A stretch of DNA of 61,663 nt, the filler included. It is 6 parts of 6 records of this genome, joined end to end, with 100 filler letters (N's around TTAATTAATTAA, not from the genome) between each part and the next. Parts side by side here need not be neighbours in the genome. Positions count along the whole stretch, not along the records: positions 25,865 to 50,596 come from SRR20825010_5276; positions 50,697 to 53,874 come from SRR20825010_5288; positions 53,975 to 61,663 come from SRR20825010_5294; 3 more parts are not named here. One strand, 5' to 3'. Under the pieces are notes generated by a model. It saw nothing but the letters and a program-made list of their open reading frames with translations. It searched no databases and was not told the DNA's origin. Below are positions 49,482-59,044 of the stretch, one piece after another. The stretch's first letter is position 1. The number at the start of each line of letters is the position of its first letter. A program made the position numbers and the translations under genes.

Positions 49482-50225
49482 TCAGCCGTTGCTAAGGTCG
49501 TAGTCCACTGGCGCAATGACACGCACCGGGATGCTGCTGCTATCCAGCTCCTTGGGGGGCGCATCAAAGCGCAGGCGTGCAACCAGTTCCTTGGTGGCCC
49601 GGTCGAGAATGCGGCTGCCGGAGCTTTCCGTGATTTCGACCTGTTCAGCGCGGCCGGAGGCGTTGATGACGAAGGATACTTTCACCGTACCTTGCTGGCG
49701 GCGCATCTTGGCCCGGTGCGGATACTGCTTGTTGTAATCAATCGTATCGCGGACTTTGGCCAGGTATTTGTTGAGCGCGTTTTCCGTGTCGCCGGATTGA
49801 TGGACCCCTTTGCCCGGATCGCCTGCCATCCCCTTGGCGCCCTGGGTCAGCGGCTGGGTGGAGGCCTCTTCGTTGACACTCTCATCCGGGGTTTCCGTCG
49901 GTTTGGTTTCTGCTACCTGCGGTTCGGGCGTCGGCTCAGGCTTGGGCTCCGGTTTCGGTTTTGGCTTCGCTACCGGTTTGGGCTTGGGTTTCGGCTTTGG
50001 TTTGGGTTTGGGCTTCGGTTTTGGCTGCGGTGCAGGCTGGGCCTTGGGCTGTGGTGCTGGCGCCGCGGCTTTCGGGGCCGGTGGCGCCGACAAGTTGATG
50101 GCAATTTCGCTCACGCCGGGTTTGGCAGGGCGGCCGCCGGCCAGGGTCATCGCGCCAACAGTGACCAGTACACTGACGTGAACCAGAATGGAGACAATCC
50201 AGGCGGTAAGGTTGCGAGGTTTCAT
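49482..50225 (-). CDS. tonB: Energy transducer TonB
   Basis: SILVH TM motif, PK/PE-rich spacer, YP..A...QGTV and SSGS..LD. Confidence 0.92.
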   Translation of the reverse strand: MKPRNLTAWIVSILVHVSVLVTVGAMTLAGGRPAKPGVSEIAINLSAPPAPKAAAPAPQPKAQPAPQPKPKPKPKPKPKPKPKPVAKPKPKPEPKPEPTPEPQVAETKPTETPDESVNEEASTQPLTQGAKGMAGDPGKGVHQSGDTENALNKYLAKVRDTIDYNKQYPHRAKMRRQQGTVKVSFVINASGRAEQVEITESSGSRILDRATKELVARLRFDAPPKELDSSSIPVRVIAPVDYDLSNG

Positions 50226-50596
50226 TGGGCCTCCTCGCTTGCGCTTTCAGCGGCTGCGTCACTCTGGGTGACCAGGCGAACCTGTTCTACACCCATGCCC
50301 TGCAGGGTTTCCAGGCGACCACGCAAGGCTTGCATGGTGACTCCGGCGTCGGCGAGCAGGCGCACTTCCGCTTCTTCGGGTTTGTCACCGAGCAGGGCCA
50401 GCAGTGCCTCGTCGCTGAGCGGCTCGGCGCTGTCTTCGGCAAACCATTGGCCATCGTTCTGCATTACCAGCAGCAGCTTGTCCCGGGCTTCTTCGCCGTT
50501 GGCGGTCTGGCTCATGGGGGCTTCCACCGCCACGGTGGGGCGCTTGGCCAGTTGCCCGGCCAGCATAAAGAAGATCAACAGCAGGAAGACCACATT
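50222..50596 (-). CDS. exbD: Biopolymer transport protein ExbD (5' end missing)
   Basis: NVVFLLLIFFML TM helix and LLAD motif; overlaps the tonB start. Confidence 0.9.
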   Translation of the reverse strand, partial: NVVFLLLIFFMLAGQLAKRPTVAVEAPMSQTANGEEARDKLLLVMQNDGQWFAEDSAEPLSDEALLALLGDKPEEAEVRLLADAGVTMQALRGRLETLQGMGVEQVRLVTQSDAAAESASEEAQ

Positions 50597-50696
50597 NNNN
50601 NNNNNNNNNNNNNNNNNNNNNNNNNNNNNNNNNNNNNNNNTTAATTAATTAANNNNNNNNNNNNNNNNNNNNNNNNNNNNNNNNNNNNNNNNNNNN
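50597..50696. other. Artificial contig spacer 4
   Basis: 44 N + TTAATTAATTAA + 44 N. Confidence 0.98.
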
Positions 50697-50697
50697 G

Positions 50698-51096
50698 TCG
50701 ATCGATGCCCATTGCGGCAAGGATTACAAGCGGCTCCGGATCGGCATCGGCCATCCGGGTCACAAGGACCGGGTCAACCCGCATGTGCTCGGCGATTTAG
50801 CCAAGTCGGACCAGGAATGGCTGGAACCGCTGCTCGACGCCATCGCCGATCATGCCGACTTGCTCGCCAAGGGCGACGACGCCGGGTTTCTGAACAAGAT
50901 CGCGCTGGCCACCGGCGCCCCTGCGACCAATTCTGACAAGCCGGAAAAAAAAACTGAAACAGGAGCCGGCGGCAAGCCCGCACCGGCGGGCAAATCCCAC
51001 ATCCGCCAGGCCCGCAACTCGGCCCAGCCGAAATCGCTGCCGACATCCGGTCCGATGGCCGACATGCTGAAGAAGCTGTTCGGCAACAAGGACTGA
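50698..51096 (+). CDS. pth: Peptidyl-tRNA hydrolase, C-terminal part
   Basis: In-frame [33 protein letters not shown] and a rhizobial-type tail [12 protein letters not shown]. Confidence 0.92.
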   Translation, partial: SIDAHCGKDYKRLRIGIGHPGHKDRVNPHVLGDLAKSDQEWLEPLLDAIADHADLLAKGDDAGFLNKIALATGAPATNSDKPEKKTETGAGGKPAPAGKSHIRQARNSAQPKSLPTSGPMADMLKKLFGNKD

Positions 51097-51182
51097 GCCT
51101 CCGCTCACACGATCGTCATTCCGGGTTGAACGACACTTCCGCTATCCTGTCCCGGAAACCAAACCGGTGAGGGAGGCAATTC

Positions 51183-51632
51183 ATGTTCATATCAAGGATC
51201 ATCCGCGCGCACTTTGCGCTGCCGTTTTTCGTTCTGGCGTTCCTTTCCGGCGCAGCCATCGCCGGCGAGGCCAACCTGAACTTCCACGGGCTGGCGATCC
51301 AGGGCCATGATCCGGTCGCCTATTTCACCGACGCAAAACCGGTGCCGGGCGACCCGGAAATCACCGCCACCCATGATGGCGCCATCTACCGCTTTGCATC
51401 CGCTGAACACAGGGCCATGTTCGAGGCCGACCCCGGCAGGTATGTGCCACAATATGGCGGCTTCTGCGCCTATGGCGCGGCACAGGGATACAACGCCCCG
51501 GTAGAACCGGAGCAGTTCACCATCGCCGACGGCAAGCTCTACCTCAATTACAATGCCGATGTCCGCAAACGCTGGAATGAAGACCGCGGAGGCTACATCA
51601 GCAAGGCGGACGCCTACTGGGCCTCGCAATAG
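51183..51632 (+). CDS. Secreted YHS-domain protein
   Basis: Signal peptide; GHDPVAYF, YRFAS, PQYGGFCAYG and DGKLYLN. Confidence 0.88.
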   Translation: MFISRIIRAHFALPFFVLAFLSGAAIAGEANLNFHGLAIQGHDPVAYFTDAKPVPGDPEITATHDGAIYRFASAEHRAMFEADPGRYVPQYGGFCAYGAAQGYNAPVEPEQFTIADGKLYLNYNADVRKRWNEDRGGYISKADAYWASQ

Positions 51633-51644
51633 GCCTGGCGCCGC

Positions 51645-52034
51645 TTACAACTCGGCGATGCGTTGCCAGAACAGGTCGACGAAGCCGCCGATCACGGCTT
51701 CGATAAGGGCTGCGATGCCGAGCCCGGCGCCATCGACCAGCAGCATGGCGGCAAGCCCGCCGAAGACTGTGAACACCACCGACAGCCTGAGATTCTTCAG
51801 GCTGTCGAGCCGGTAATAACCTGCATCGTCGAATTCGGTTCCCCACAGATGGTCGGCCCATCCATAGTCGCTCGACACCATGATGTTGACCGCCGGCGTG
51901 TCGGAGATCTTGTCGGGAAAGACGTTGAAGACGGCCCTGACGACATGCGCCAGCGCCCCGAGCAAGGCGAAAATCACGCCTGCAGCGATAAAATGCCAGG
52001 TGGCAAGCTCGGTTTCCATCACGATCCCTTCCAC
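51645..52034 (-). CDS. Hypothetical membrane protein
   Basis: 129 aa with 2-3 hydrophobic segments; start uncertain. Confidence 0.6.
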   Translation of the reverse strand: MEGIVMETELATWHFIAAGVIFALLGALAHVVRAVFNVFPDKISDTPAVNIMVSSDYGWADHLWGTEFDDAGYYRLDSLKNLRLSVVFTVFGGLAAMLLVDGAGLGIAALIEAVIGGFVDLFWQRIAEL

Positions 52035-52152
52035 GTCCGAAGACGGTCAGGATCGCACGAAAACCTTTCAGCCAGATTGACCGGCCATGCCGGAACCGGG
52101 GCCGGCGGCACCGCCAGCCCCGTTTTGCAGATTGTCGGAAGCCGCCGCCGGC

Positions 52153-52911
52153 CTAGAGATACATCCCGCCCGAGACCTCGATCCGCTGCGCGGTCATCCA
52201 CCGGTTGTCGCCGAGCAGGATGCTGGCGATGGCGCCGCCGATATCGTCGGGCAGACCCGCCCGCCCCATCGCCGTGACGCTCGCCACAAAGGCGTTTGCG
52301 TCGGGGTTGTCACGCACCGCGCCGCCGCCGAAATCGGTCTCGATGGCGCCCGGAGCAATCACGTTGACCGCGATGCCGCGCGGACCGAGCTCCCTGGCGA
52401 GATAGCGGGTCAACACCTCGATGGCGCCCTTCATCGTGCCGTAGGCGGCGTATCCCGGCAGGCTGAACCGGGCGAGCCCGGTGGAGACGTTGAGGATGCG
52501 CCCGCCATCGGCAATCAGCGGCAGCAACCGCTGGGTGAGAAAGAACACGCCCTTGAGATGGACATTGACCAGCCTGTCGAACTGCTCCTCTGTGGTCTCG
52601 GCGAACCCCGCATGGATGCCCATGCCGGCATTGTTGACGAGAAAATCGAACGTGCCTCGCCCCCATGTTTTCTTGAGCGCATCGGAGAGCCGATTCGCGA
52701 AGGCGGCAAACTGTGCCGTGTCTCCGGTATCGAGCTGCAGCGCGACTGCCTTGCCGCCCAGCGCCTCGATTTCCGCAACAACGGCAGCTGCCTCGTCGGC
52801 GCGCGACAGAAAGGTGAGGATGATGCCTGTCCCCTGACGGGCGAGATGCAGGGCGGCGTTTCGGCCCAGGCCGCGGCTGCCACCGGTAATGAGTGCGATC
52901 GATTGGCTCAT
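52153..52911 (-). CDS. Short-chain dehydrogenase/reductase
   Basis: TGGSRGLG, NNAG, YGTMK (YxxxK) and PGAIETDF. Confidence 0.93.
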   Translation of the reverse strand: MSQSIALITGGSRGLGRNAALHLARQGTGIILTFLSRADEAAAVVAEIEALGGKAVALQLDTGDTAQFAAFANRLSDALKKTWGRGTFDFLVNNAGMGIHAGFAETTEEQFDRLVNVHLKGVFFLTQRLLPLIADGGRILNVSTGLARFSLPGYAAYGTMKGAIEVLTRYLARELGPRGIAVNVIAPGAIETDFGGGAVRDNPDANAFVASVTAMGRAGLPDDIGGAIASILLGDNRWMTAQRIEVSGGMYL

Positions 52912-53064
52912 GACGTGCTCCATGTGTTTGGGATGGCTGCAAGCTAGCCGCTGCCCCGCCGTCCGGCCTGCCGGATCCTCCGTGAGTTCTGCCTGATCCT
53001 CCGGGAATGCGATTCAGCACGTGACGGATCTGACCGGAGGGCGTATCCCTGTCGGGCGAAAGGA

Positions 53065-53874
53065 ATGCCCATGACACTGCAGGACCTTGCCCGGAGCGTG
53101 GATCAATTTGTCGGCGATCGTGCTGATACCGTTAAGGGTCGCGATACCGGGGTCGCGGGTCTTTTCGTCCACCGCGAGGCAAAGCCGAGCCCGTTCGAGG
53201 CGACGGTCTACCATCCGGTGATCTGCCTGAACCTGCAGGGCCGCAAGGAAGTGGCGATCGGAGACAGGTCCGTTGCCTTCGGCGCCGGACAATCGCTGAT
53301 TGTCAGTCACGATGTCCCGGTCATGGCCCGCGTCACCGAAGCCAGCGCGCAACACCCCTATCTCGCAATCATCGTGGCCCTGGATATCGCCATCATCCGC
53401 AGTCTTTGCGATGAAGTGGGCGAAACGGCGCTGGACCGGCAGCAGGCAAGCACGCTGACCGCCAACGCCACCGACAGCAGGCTTGTGGAGGCGATTGCAC
53501 GCTACTTTGCCCTCACCCGTGACCCGCTGGAAGCCAAGGTGATGCAACCGTTGATCTTCAGGGAAATCCATTTCCGGCTGCTGACGGCCAGCCACGGCGG
53601 CATGCTCCGCCAGCTGATGCAGCGCGACAGCCACGCGAGCCGGATATCGCGCGCCATTGGCCGCATCCGGACCGACTATCGCGCCCCCCTGGCGGTCGCC
53701 ACCCTCGCCGATGAGGCAAGCATGAGCCCGTCATCCTTTCACGAGCATTTCAGGCAGGTCACCGGAACCACGCCGCTGCAGTACCAGAAGGATCTGCGGC
53801 TGATGGAGGCGCGCCGGCTAATCTCGATGGACGGGTTTTCCGTCTCCTCGGCCGCTTACGAAGTGGGCTATGAG
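53065..53874 (+). CDS. AraC-family regulator (YqhC-like), divergent from the SDR; truncated by the contig end
   Basis: LQGRKE, MSPSSFHEHFR.VT..TPLQYQK.LRL.EAR and AYEVGYE. Confidence 0.92.
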
Positions 53875-53974
53875 NNNNNNNNNNNNNNNNNNNNNNNNNN
53901 NNNNNNNNNNNNNNNNNNTTAATTAATTAANNNNNNNNNNNNNNNNNNNNNNNNNNNNNNNNNNNNNNNNNNNN
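53875..53974. other. Artificial contig spacer 5
   Basis: 44 N + TTAATTAATTAA + 44 N. Confidence 0.98.
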
Positions 53975-53975
53975 G

Positions 53976-54554
53976 TGTACATCGACCACGCACAAATCGC
54001 TGCGTGGCCCACGTGGCGGCATCATCTTGATGAAAGAAGAGCTGGCCAAGAAAATCAACAGCGCAATTTTCCCCGGTATTCAAGGTGGGCCCTTGATGCA
54101 CGTGATTGCTGGCAAAGCCGTGGCTTTTCACGAAGCCCTGCAACCAGAATTCAAGGAATACCAGCAACAAGTGGTGCTGAATGCCAAAGCATTGGCTGAA
54201 ACCCTGGTTGAACGTGGCCTGCGCATTGTGTCTGGCCGCACCGAAAGCCATGTGATGCTGGTTGACCTGCGTGCCAAGGGCATTACCGGCAAAGCTGCTG
54301 AAGCCTGCCTGGGCAATGCACACATTACCGTGAACAAAAACGCCATTCCAAACGACCCTGAAAAGCCGTTTGTAACCAGCGGCATTCGCTTGGGCAGCCC
54401 TGCCATGACCACGCGTGGCTTCAAGGAAGAACAAGCCCGCGCGGTTGGCCACTTGATTGCCGATGTGTTGGAGAACCCAGAGGACGAAGCCACATTGGCC
54501 ACCGTTCGTGCCAAGGTCAAGGAATTGACCAGCCAGTTCCCTGTTTACAAGTAA
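53976..54554 (+). CDS. glyA: Serine hydroxymethyltransferase, C-terminal part
   Basis: [14 protein letters not shown] (PLP Lys), [17 protein letters not shown] and SGIRLG. Confidence 0.97.
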   Translation, partial: CTSTTHKSLRGPRGGIILMKEELAKKINSAIFPGIQGGPLMHVIAGKAVAFHEALQPEFKEYQQQVVLNAKALAETLVERGLRIVSGRTESHVMLVDLRAKGITGKAAEACLGNAHITVNKNAIPNDPEKPFVTSGIRLGSPAMTTRGFKEEQARAVGHLIADVLENPEDEATLATVRAKVKELTSQFPVYK

Positions 54555-54572
54555 ACAAGGGGCGGCGGCGTT

Positions 54573-55082
54573 ATGAAATGCCCCTTCTGCGGCAACGCCG
54601 ACACCCAGGTAGTCGATTCGCGCACGTCTGAAGAAGGCGACGCGATTCGGCGCCGCAGGCAGTGCAACAGTTGTGGCAAACGCTTCACCACCTACGAACG
54701 GGCAGAACTGTTTCTGCCCGCCATCGTGAAAAAAGACGGTTCGAGGGTTGAATTCTCGCGAGAGAAACTGCGCGGCAGTTTGATGCTGGCACTTCGCAAA
54801 CGCCCTGTTCGCGCTGAAGCCATTGACGAAGCCATTTCCAGCATTGAAGAAAAGTTGCTGGTCAGCGCCGCCCGGGAAGTGGACACCAAGTTCCTCGGTG
54901 AGTTGGTGATGCAACAACTTAAGCAGCTCGACACCGTGGCTTACATCCGCTTCGCTTCGGTTTACAAAAGCTTCGAAGACCTGCAAAGTTTCTCGGAAGA
55001 AATTGCACATTTAACAGCCCCTGCGGAAAGCGCGGCCAACACCAGCAAACCCAAAGCACGCCCGACCAAAAAAGGCGATTAA
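54573..55082 (+). CDS. nrdR: Transcriptional repressor NrdR
   Basis: MKCPFC...VVDSR...RRRRQC..C..RFTTYE, ATP cone, and [10 protein letters not shown]. Confidence 0.97.
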   Translation: MKCPFCGNADTQVVDSRTSEEGDAIRRRRQCNSCGKRFTTYERAELFLPAIVKKDGSRVEFSREKLRGSLMLALRKRPVRAEAIDEAISSIEEKLLVSAAREVDTKFLGELVMQQLKQLDTVAYIRFASVYKSFEDLQSFSEEIAHLTAPAESAANTSKPKARPTKKGD

Positions 55083-55096
55083 AAGTAACTGAGGCC

Positions 55097-56230
55097 ATGG
55101 CGACCCAGCACCCCGACGATGAACACTGGATGCAACATGCGCTGAACCTGGCCTGGAAGGGACAGTACAGCACCACACCCAATCCGCGCGTGGGCTGCGT
55201 GTTTGTGCGTGATGGCCTTGCAATTGCAGAAGGCTTCCATGCCAAGGCTGGTGAAGGCCATGCCGAAGTACAAGCCATTGCCGATGCGAAAGCACGCGGT
55301 GTTTCGCTACTTGGCAGCACCGCCTACGTAACGCTTGAACCCTGCGCCCACCATGGCCGCACTGGCCCGTGTGCGGAGGCACTGGTGGCCACGGGTGTAA
55401 AACGCGTGGTGGCAGCCGTACTCGACCCCAACCCACTGGTGGCGGGCAAAGGCATGGCCATTTTGCAGGCTGCCGGCATTGAAACTGTTAACGGTGTATT
55501 GGTTGAGCAGGCCCGCTGGTTGAACCGCGGCTTTTTCAGCCGCATGGAACGCAAGCGCCCCTGGGTACGCTTGAAAGTAGCCAGCAGCGCCGATGGCATT
55601 AGCGCCTTGAACAACGGCGTGAGCCAATGGATTACCGGCGAAGAAGCCCGGCTAGACGGGCACCACCTGCGCGCGCAAGCCTGCGCCGTGCTTAGCGGCA
55701 TTGGCACGGTAAAGGCCGACAACCCGCAACTGAATGTGCGCGGAGTCAACACCGACCGCCAACCACTGAAAGTAATCGTGGACAGCAAGCTGGAAATTTC
55801 GCCAGAAGCCCGGCTTCTGCAAACCGGGCGGGTACTGATTGCACACACCGAACCTGAAGCACCAGCCTGGTTGAGCACCCACACCAATGCCGCCAATATT
55901 GAAGCACTGAATGTGGCACCAGTTGCGGCAGGCTTGCACGCTGGCAAGGTAAAAACCGACCTGCTGCGCCTGCTACAGGAACTGGCCGAACGTGGCATCA
56001 ACGAATTGCACCTGGAAGCAGGGTTTGGCTTGAACGGATCGTTCTTGCAAGCCGGGCTGGTCGATGAAATTGTGCAGTACATTGCCCCGCGTTTTCTGGG
56101 GCCAGGCCAAGGCCTGTTCCGCCTGCCTGAACTTGACGCCCTGCCCGCCTACGTGGACTGGGCATTGCATTCATTTGAACAAATCGGACAAGACCTGCGC
56201 ATTGTGTGGGTTCGCATTAACCAGGAGTAG
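55097..56230 (+). CDS. ribD: Bifunctional riboflavin deaminase/reductase
   Basis: PNPRVGC, HAE, TLEPCAHHGRTGPC, SQWITG and GIGTV.ADNP.L. Confidence 0.96.
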   Translation: MATQHPDDEHWMQHALNLAWKGQYSTTPNPRVGCVFVRDGLAIAEGFHAKAGEGHAEVQAIADAKARGVSLLGSTAYVTLEPCAHHGRTGPCAEALVATGVKRVVAAVLDPNPLVAGKGMAILQAAGIETVNGVLVEQARWLNRGFFSRMERKRPWVRLKVASSADGISALNNGVSQWITGEEARLDGHHLRAQACAVLSGIGTVKADNPQLNVRGVNTDRQPLKVIVDSKLEISPEARLLQTGRVLIAHTEPEAPAWLSTHTNAANIEALNVAPVAAGLHAGKVKTDLLRLLQELAERGINELHLEAGFGLNGSFLQAGLVDEIVQYIAPRFLGPGQGLFRLPELDALPAYVDWALHSFEQIGQDLRIVWVRINQE

Positions 56231-56238
56231 TAGCACCC

Positions 56239-56865
56239 ATGTTCACCGGAATTATTGAATCGATCGGCCAAATCAAAACTGTCGAGCCCCTGCAAAACTC
56301 TGCATATGCAGGCGTGCGCCTTGCCGTGCATGCACCCACGCTTGATTTTTCAGATGTAAAGTTGGGCGACAGCATCGCCATTCAAGGCGCATGCATGACC
56401 GTGGTGGCCATGGCTGACCACACATTCCATGTCGACGTGTCGCAGGAAAGTTTGTCAAAAACAGTGGGCCTGAACCAGCCCGGCGAAGTGAACCTGGAAA
56501 AAGCGATGCGCTTGTCTGATCGTGTGGGTGGCCACCTGGTCAGCGGCCACGTGGATGGCCTGGGCAGCGTTGCGGAATTTGAACCCGTGGGTGAAAGCTG
56601 GCACCTGCAAATTCGCGCACCAAAAACACTCTCGCCTTTCTTTGCGTACAAAGGATCTGTCACCGTGAATGGCGTCAGCCTGACCGTGAACAAAGTGGAC
56701 GACCATGCAAACGGCGAATGCGACATTCACATCAACCTGATTCCACACACCGTGCAAATGACCACGCTGAAACACTTGAAAGCGGGCAGCCCGGTGAATC
56801 TGGAAATTGACCAGATTGCGCGTTACTGCGAGCGGATTGTGAAGACAATGAATTTGAATCAGTGA
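56239..56865 (+). CDS. ribE: Riboflavin synthase (alpha chain)
   Basis: MFTGII, GDSIA..GACMTV, GGHLVSGHVD, NGVSLTV and VNLEID. Confidence 0.96.
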   Translation: MFTGIIESIGQIKTVEPLQNSAYAGVRLAVHAPTLDFSDVKLGDSIAIQGACMTVVAMADHTFHVDVSQESLSKTVGLNQPGEVNLEKAMRLSDRVGGHLVSGHVDGLGSVAEFEPVGESWHLQIRAPKTLSPFFAYKGSVTVNGVSLTVNKVDDHANGECDIHINLIPHTVQMTTLKHLKAGSPVNLEIDQIARYCERIVKTMNLNQ

Positions 56866-56874
56866 AGCGTCAGA

Positions 56875-57627
56875 TCACCGCGCACTAACCTTCCCAAACA
56901 AAGCCTTTGCTTTCGACTTGGTGTTGTCTGAATCAGCCCCCAAAGCAATGCCGGTGAACATCACCGGCCCTTCAGGCAGTTCGGCACCGAAGGCTTTGCG
57001 CGCATCGGCCTGCAAGTCGCGGTTTTCAGCAATCAGTTCGCTGCTTGTGGCGCTATCCCGCACCACAATGTTCTTCACCCGCTCGGTGAAGGGGTTATCA
57101 AATACCTGCCCCAATTTTTCACCGGGCGTGCCCCACACATAACACAAGGTGGCCGCGGGCAAACGTTCGCCCGACACGGTGCGCGCAGCAGCAAGGGCCA
57201 GCCGGGTTCCAATCCCCAGTTTTCGTTCGTCAATCTGTATGAATGCACACAACTTTGCGCCCGCATCGTCGCCAGCCTTGGTCTGTAAATTTGCCTTGGT
57301 GGGTTGGGTCAACATCTGCCATTCCCAGCTTAGTGTATTCAGCACAGTGGGTTTGGAAAAGGGGTGGATCAAGGTGCCATACGCCATGTCTGCGTCGGCC
57401 TGCAACACGGTTTTTTCACCTTGCTTGACCAGATTGAACTGGGTGTGTGCGGCAATGTCGGGGTGATATTGCGCCTTCCACGGTGCAGGAATGCCGGCAG
57501 CCACTTCCGCAGGCCAAGGCTTCAAAGGTTCAGCCGCGTTTGAAGGTGATGCAAAAACAATCACACTGAACAGCGCAAGCACACCAAATGCCACAAGCGG
57601 CGAGCTTTTGTAATTTGTAGTTTCCAT
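56875..57627 (-). CDS. DUF3047-like secreted protein
   Basis: Signal-like N-terminus; LSWEW, KAGDD, LCYVW, NPFT, RDLQAD...FG and ADSDNT. Start placed at 57627. Confidence 0.78.
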   Translation of the reverse strand: METTNYKSSPLVAFGVLALFSVIVFASPSNAAEPLKPWPAEVAAGIPAPWKAQYHPDIAAHTQFNLVKQGEKTVLQADADMAYGTLIHPFSKPTVLNTLSWEWQMLTQPTKANLQTKAGDDAGAKLCAFIQIDERKLGIGTRLALAAARTVSGERLPAATLCYVWGTPGEKLGQVFDNPFTERVKNIVVRDSATSSELIAENRDLQADARKAFGAELPEGPVMFTGIALGADSDNTKSKAKALFGKVSAR

Positions 57628-57676
57628 TCCATTTCCATTCACATGCATTGTGTTTGTGTTTCGCTGCTGGTTTGGC

Positions 57677-59041
57677 TTAAGGCTGTTCGTTCTTATAACG
57701 TTCAGTCCAATCGGCAGGTACACAACCGGTTGCAATCGCCCTTTTCAAATCCTCGGGTTCGTCGATGTCAATCTGGGGGAGCAGCCAATGTGCCTGTTGA
57801 TGTTGTTGACTCAGAATCATTCGGGTTTGTTCCGCAACCCGCGGTGTGCCCCAGTCAATTGACTCAGAAAACACAGCCGGCAAACAGCGGGTGCAGGCCA
57901 GTGCCACATACCCGCCATCATGCGCGGGCACAAAGGCAATATCATGCTGCCTAGCTGCCAGCTTCAATTTACCCAAATCGGCAAGCGTAAACTGCACTGC
58001 ATCAGGCCCGAGCAACACCACCAGCTCGCTGTGCTTCAGGTGCATTTCCACTGCGGTTTGCATGCGCAGGCCCAAATGCCCCGGGGGCTGAATGTGGCGC
58101 GCCACAGGCCTGCCATTCAACAATGCTGCCCATTCTTCATCGGTGCCACCATCGGTCCACAAAGCCACATTCACACCCTGTAATTTATCCAGGGTGCTCA
58201 ACAACAGGTAACGCGCGAAGGCTGCGCATTGCTGCGCACCCAGCAACGGTTCCAGACGGGTTTTTACGCGACCAGCCTGCGGGTACTTGGCAAACACGGC
58301 AACAATTACCGGCAGTTTTCCGCGCGTATCGGTATACCGCTGGGCCAGCTTGGCAGCTGGCACACCACGCCAGTATTGAAAGCGGAAACGCCACATCAGT
58401 ACGATGGTTGACCATGCGCCATGGGTGTCCCAACGCCGCCCAGAGGTAAGAACATGCGAACGAATCGCCAGAAAACATTCAGGTGCGGCGCGCTTCAAAC
58501 GCTTGCACAGTTCAATGTCTTCCATCAGGGGCTGATCGGGAAAACCGCCAACACGCTGAAACAAGTCGCGGCCCACAAACATGGCCTGATCGCCCGTACA
58601 AACTTTACTGAAACGCGACCGTTGGTTCATGAACCAGGCAACCACTGGCAACCACCTGCTTTGGCCTTCAATTTGCACATCAAAACGCCCCCAGACACGG
58701 GAGCTGGCTTGAGCCAACAAAGCATTCCAGGTTGCCAAACCCAACACAGTGTCTGCATGCAAAAATAGCAGCACATCGCCCTTGGCTTGCGCAGCACCAG
58801 CATTCATTTGCCGGGCGCGGCCTTTGGTGCTTTGAATGGCAGTTAGTTGTGGGTGCTTTGCCAGGGCCAGCAAGGCCTGCCAGCTAAAATCGCTGGAACC
58901 ACCGTCGACCAGCACAATTTCATCGCCTGCACGAAGCAATTCAAGCAAGGCTTCAATGCGAGGGGAAAATGAATCGGTTTGATGGTTCGGCACTTCGTTG
59001 TACACGGGCACAACTATCGAGACGGGTGGCATGTTGCCCAT
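57677..59041 (-). CDS. Fusion of a TIGR04283-type GT2 glycosyltransferase and a TIGR04282/DUF2064-type transferase
   Basis: N-terminal half: SIVVPVYNE, VDGGS, GRARQMNAGA, FLHADT, TGDQAMF, GGFPDQPLMED, TSGRRW. C-terminal half: VFAKYP..GRVKTRL, LGLRM, GPD, PAHDGGY, I.WGT, DID..EDL. Confidence 0.85.
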   Translation of the reverse strand: MGNMPPVSIVVPVYNEVPNHQTDSFSPRIEALLELLRAGDEIVLVDGGSSDFSWQALLALAKHPQLTAIQSTKGRARQMNAGAAQAKGDVLLFLHADTVLGLATWNALLAQASSRVWGRFDVQIEGQSRWLPVVAWFMNQRSRFSKVCTGDQAMFVGRDLFQRVGGFPDQPLMEDIELCKRLKRAAPECFLAIRSHVLTSGRRWDTHGAWSTIVLMWRFRFQYWRGVPAAKLAQRYTDTRGKLPVIVAVFAKYPQAGRVKTRLEPLLGAQQCAAFARYLLLSTLDKLQGVNVALWTDGGTDEEWAALLNGRPVARHIQPPGHLGLRMQTAVEMHLKHSELVVLLGPDAVQFTLADLGKLKLAARQHDIAFVPAHDGGYVALACTRCLPAVFSESIDWGTPRVAEQTRMILSQQHQQAHWLLPQIDIDEPEDLKRAIATGCVPADWTERYKNEQP

Positions 59042-59044
59042 GCC

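Noticed and set aside
49920-50050. Low-complexity GGTTT/GGCTT tandem repeats
   Set aside because: They encode the Pro-Lys/Pro-Glu spacer of TonB.
51183-51632. YHS protein as a selenoprotein linked to the TIGR04282/04283 fusion
   Set aside because: The motif has Cys (TGC) with no in-frame TGA, and the gene is on a different contig from the fusion.
54555-55096. FMN riboswitch ahead of ribD-ribE
   Set aside because: The intergenic gaps are under 20 nt; this is the ordinary glyA-nrdR-ribD-ribE arrangement.
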